The position numbers and the translations under genes are program-made. The notes under the pieces were generated by a model. It was given only the letters and a program-made list of their open reading frames with translations. It had not been told where the DNA came from and searched no databases. A DNA stretch of 64,000 bases from Eledone cirrhosa (taxonomy: Eukaryota), in assembly GCA_964016885.1 (NCBI GenBank), contig OZ024750.1, positions 12,338,001-12,402,000 of the forward strand. Direction: 5' to 3'. Below are positions 61,265-64,000 of this stretch, one piece after another. Each line of letters begins with the position of its first letter. Position 1 is the first letter of the stretch.

Positions 61265-61700
61265 TGTATGAAGGATGACAGCTGCATAAAAAGGTGCAGA
61301 GCACTAAAAGTTGATGGAAGTGGGAGACCCAAGAAGACCTGGGATGAGGTGATAAAAGCGAACCTTGCCCAATTGCATCTCTCAATGGCGATGACACAGT
61401 AATTCAGAAACCCAACTTCCCACGGGAACAAGCTGAAGCTGAAGCATATAGACAATATGCCCCCATCCCTCCCACTGAAAAGTGGTTGTGTAGGTGCCAC
61501 GAAAAAAAAAAGGACCCAGCACTCACTGTAAATAAGGTTGGTGTTAGGAAGGGCATCCAGCTGTAGAAATCAAGCCAAAATCAGTTCCCGTACGAGCAAG
61601 ACAAGATCACTTGACCTAACAACGCCCACAACAGGACAACTCGTCTAATCTATGCTAGCGTGGAAGAATGGACGTAAAATGGTGATGATAATGATGATGA
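61265..61700 (+). mobile_element. RTE LINE 3' end: ORF C-terminus through complete 3' UTR and (GAT)n tail
   Basis: MKDDSCIKRCRALKVDG/GRPKKTWDEVIKANLAQLHLSMAMT, then a UTR continuous with the tail shared by the head-A SINEs. Confidence 0.85.
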
Positions 61701-62239
61701 GTGAAATATCAAACATCTAGTCAAATACTAATCAATTTTAATATCCAAATCAATACGTTTCTGTTCAAACACACAAAATATTTTCAAGTTTAACAACCAA
61801 TTGAAATAACAAAATATTTTGCCAAATCCATCTCTCATGACATCAACTGTAAAGCTATATGGAGAACACATTATTAAATAATAACTATATTGAATACTAA
61901 ATACTAGAAATCTACAAAAGACAGCAGATTATATAATTAGTAATTAATATCGATGTGATAATTATGAATACAAGTAATACATTTCATAAAAAAAAACTTA
62001 GACAAAAGCACACAATATTTGACAGGAACAAGCACACACATGTATATACTGCATTATACACATGCCAGTTCATGGACCACATCATTCTGCCATTATTTCC
62101 GGCAGCTATAAATAGATCTCCACTTGCAAACAAGATGGCGTGCCTATAACAACAAAAGCCAGGTCCAGTTTGCAACACAATTTATATTTAGAAAAGAAAA
62201 GAAAAAAAAAAAAGAAAAAATTGGAAAAGACATACATAT

Positions 62240-62890
62240 ATCTAATCACATGCTGCAACAAGGAGCATTAGAGTTTCCCACTAGTACTTTGTGAAGCCAG
62301 CTAACACACTACCAAAATTGCAGCATGTGATAGCGAGGCTAAGACACTAGAATAACCAACCACTGAAATGGGCATCACCTGATACACCAGTAAGGCAAGC
62401 CAGCAGCAATGATAGAACCTCATTATCAATGGTCCAGCCCTCCCAAATGTCTTGAATGTTACAGACTGGAAAAAAAAAATTTGCTGATGTTTTAGAATTT
62501 TATTCTTTTTGACTATGGATGTGAGAAGGAGCAACAGAGTTTCTAACTGTAGAATTCCAAATAAGATATCTACCTTTTACCCATCTAGCTTCTTCCGATC
62601 AGCCTTGAAGGCTCTGGCTGGTTCCAGAATTGAGCCAGAACTTATTTAATAATTAGGATCAACTCAGTATGATGAGAGAAATGACTTCCATTCAGACAGC
62701 AAGACAATCCATGAAAACCTGTGGAGTCAAAGTGACTACAGTGACATTTAAATTCCCCCACAAACATTGGTTCTCATTCTGAGCACAATGTAGATATAAA
62801 GCTCATTTATACTGAGCAAGCCATCAATGTTGGCCACAGGCAAAGCATTGATCCAATTCCTCAGGAATTTGACATTTACAAAAAATAGAT
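62240..62890 (+). mobile_element. Possible very decayed CR1-group LINE 3' region
   Basis: Higher-GC stretch with faint similarity ('LIINGPAL', '..DYGCEKE') to the region downstream of the CR1 RT. No clean motif. Confidence 0.3.
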
Positions 62891-64000
62891 CAAGGAAATT
62901 ATTTCTAAAAAAAACATGTTTCCAACATTATATTTATATATTCATTTGAATAAAATATTTGGTTCCATAAAAATGTTGAATAAAGGTCAAAATGATCATG
63001 AGGAATAACAAAAATAATAACCAGATAAAAAGAACAAATGCGATGGAAATTCTTGAAGTAGCAATAAAACAAAGTAATTCTTTGATGTAACATAAGGACA
63101 CAAGGATTTAGTATTGTTGCTTTTATGTCTAAGACACTTAGCTTCTTATAACTACTTGTTCTCCTAGCAAAAACAAGTTTATTATACACTTCAAAATATA
63201 AAGAACATAATATATGATAGGATCAAGGCCAGAAATTTGGGAGAAGGGAAACCATCGATTATAACAACATCACTCTTTGGTAGTTTAGTTTGTTTATTAG
63301 CCTTATATCTGGTACTTGTTTTCCAGAACAATGAAACAAAAAAAAAATTGAGTGTCAGGAAATTCCAAGAGTCAGTCAACTGATAAATAATTCTTTTCTG
63401 TATTTCTCAACTATAGCCATACTTGAAAATTTGGTAGAAATATTGTAGTGTTGATTATCCAAGAAATGGATGAAGTAAAAGACAGAGCATTGGATGAAAA
63501 AAAAAACATAATGAGGTATTTGGTTATGATTTTTATGTTCAGAGTTTAATTCCCATCCAAGAGGACATAGCCTTTCAGTTATCCAATGTCTATAAAATCA
63601 TGTGGTGATGTGAGGTAAGAAAATACCATGGATGTAAGACAGGTGTGGTGGAGGTTGACAGGTGGTGATGTTTATAGTAAGACAGAATAAATTGAATCAT
63701 TTAGATAATGAAACAAAATTAATTTAATATGGTATATTATCTATTATAACATATTTGTCTGTGAAAATATTTTAGGTTGGAGAAAACAAATTATTTTACA
63801 ACAATCAGAAATTTCATTTTAACTAAATAACCAGTCAGTTTCCTTTCTCTTAAAAGCAATTTATTCTAAGAGTAAAACTTAATACTTTCCACAAAGAAAA
63901 TATCTACAGTGATTATTGTCATTGAAATGAATACGTCCAACAGTGATTTCTGCAGTGTATTTAGGAAATACAAAATAGAATACTACCACCTCTTTGTGAA

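Overview
This is AT-rich eukaryotic non-coding DNA, probably a large intron or intergenic region. The repeat inventory points to an octopod cephalopod, which is my inference and not verified. I could not support any host protein-coding exon, and nearly all track ORFs are microsatellite or repeat artefacts. The window contains: (i) two tRNA-derived SINE groups, one of which shares its 3' tail with an RTE LINE 3' end present in the window; (ii) decayed non-LTR retrotransposon fragments resembling RTE, CR1, R4/Dong and Ingi/Vingi; (iii) a Helitron helicase C-terminal remnant; (iv) two TTAA-bounded piggyBac-type MITE families and TA-bounded Tc1/mariner-type MITEs, one nested; (v) many micro- and minisatellites. 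The most notable signal is a set of type I hammerhead-ribozyme motifs. One looks intact (37329-37384), one has a very large stem II insertion (14036-14145), one pair sits back-to-back in a fold-back (37855-37933), and several are decayed. Most lie in or beside long inverted repeats next to (TA)n tracts, as expected for Penelope-like pseudo-LTR remnants or retrozyme-like elements. All alignments and folds were done by eye, and repeat boundaries are approximate.
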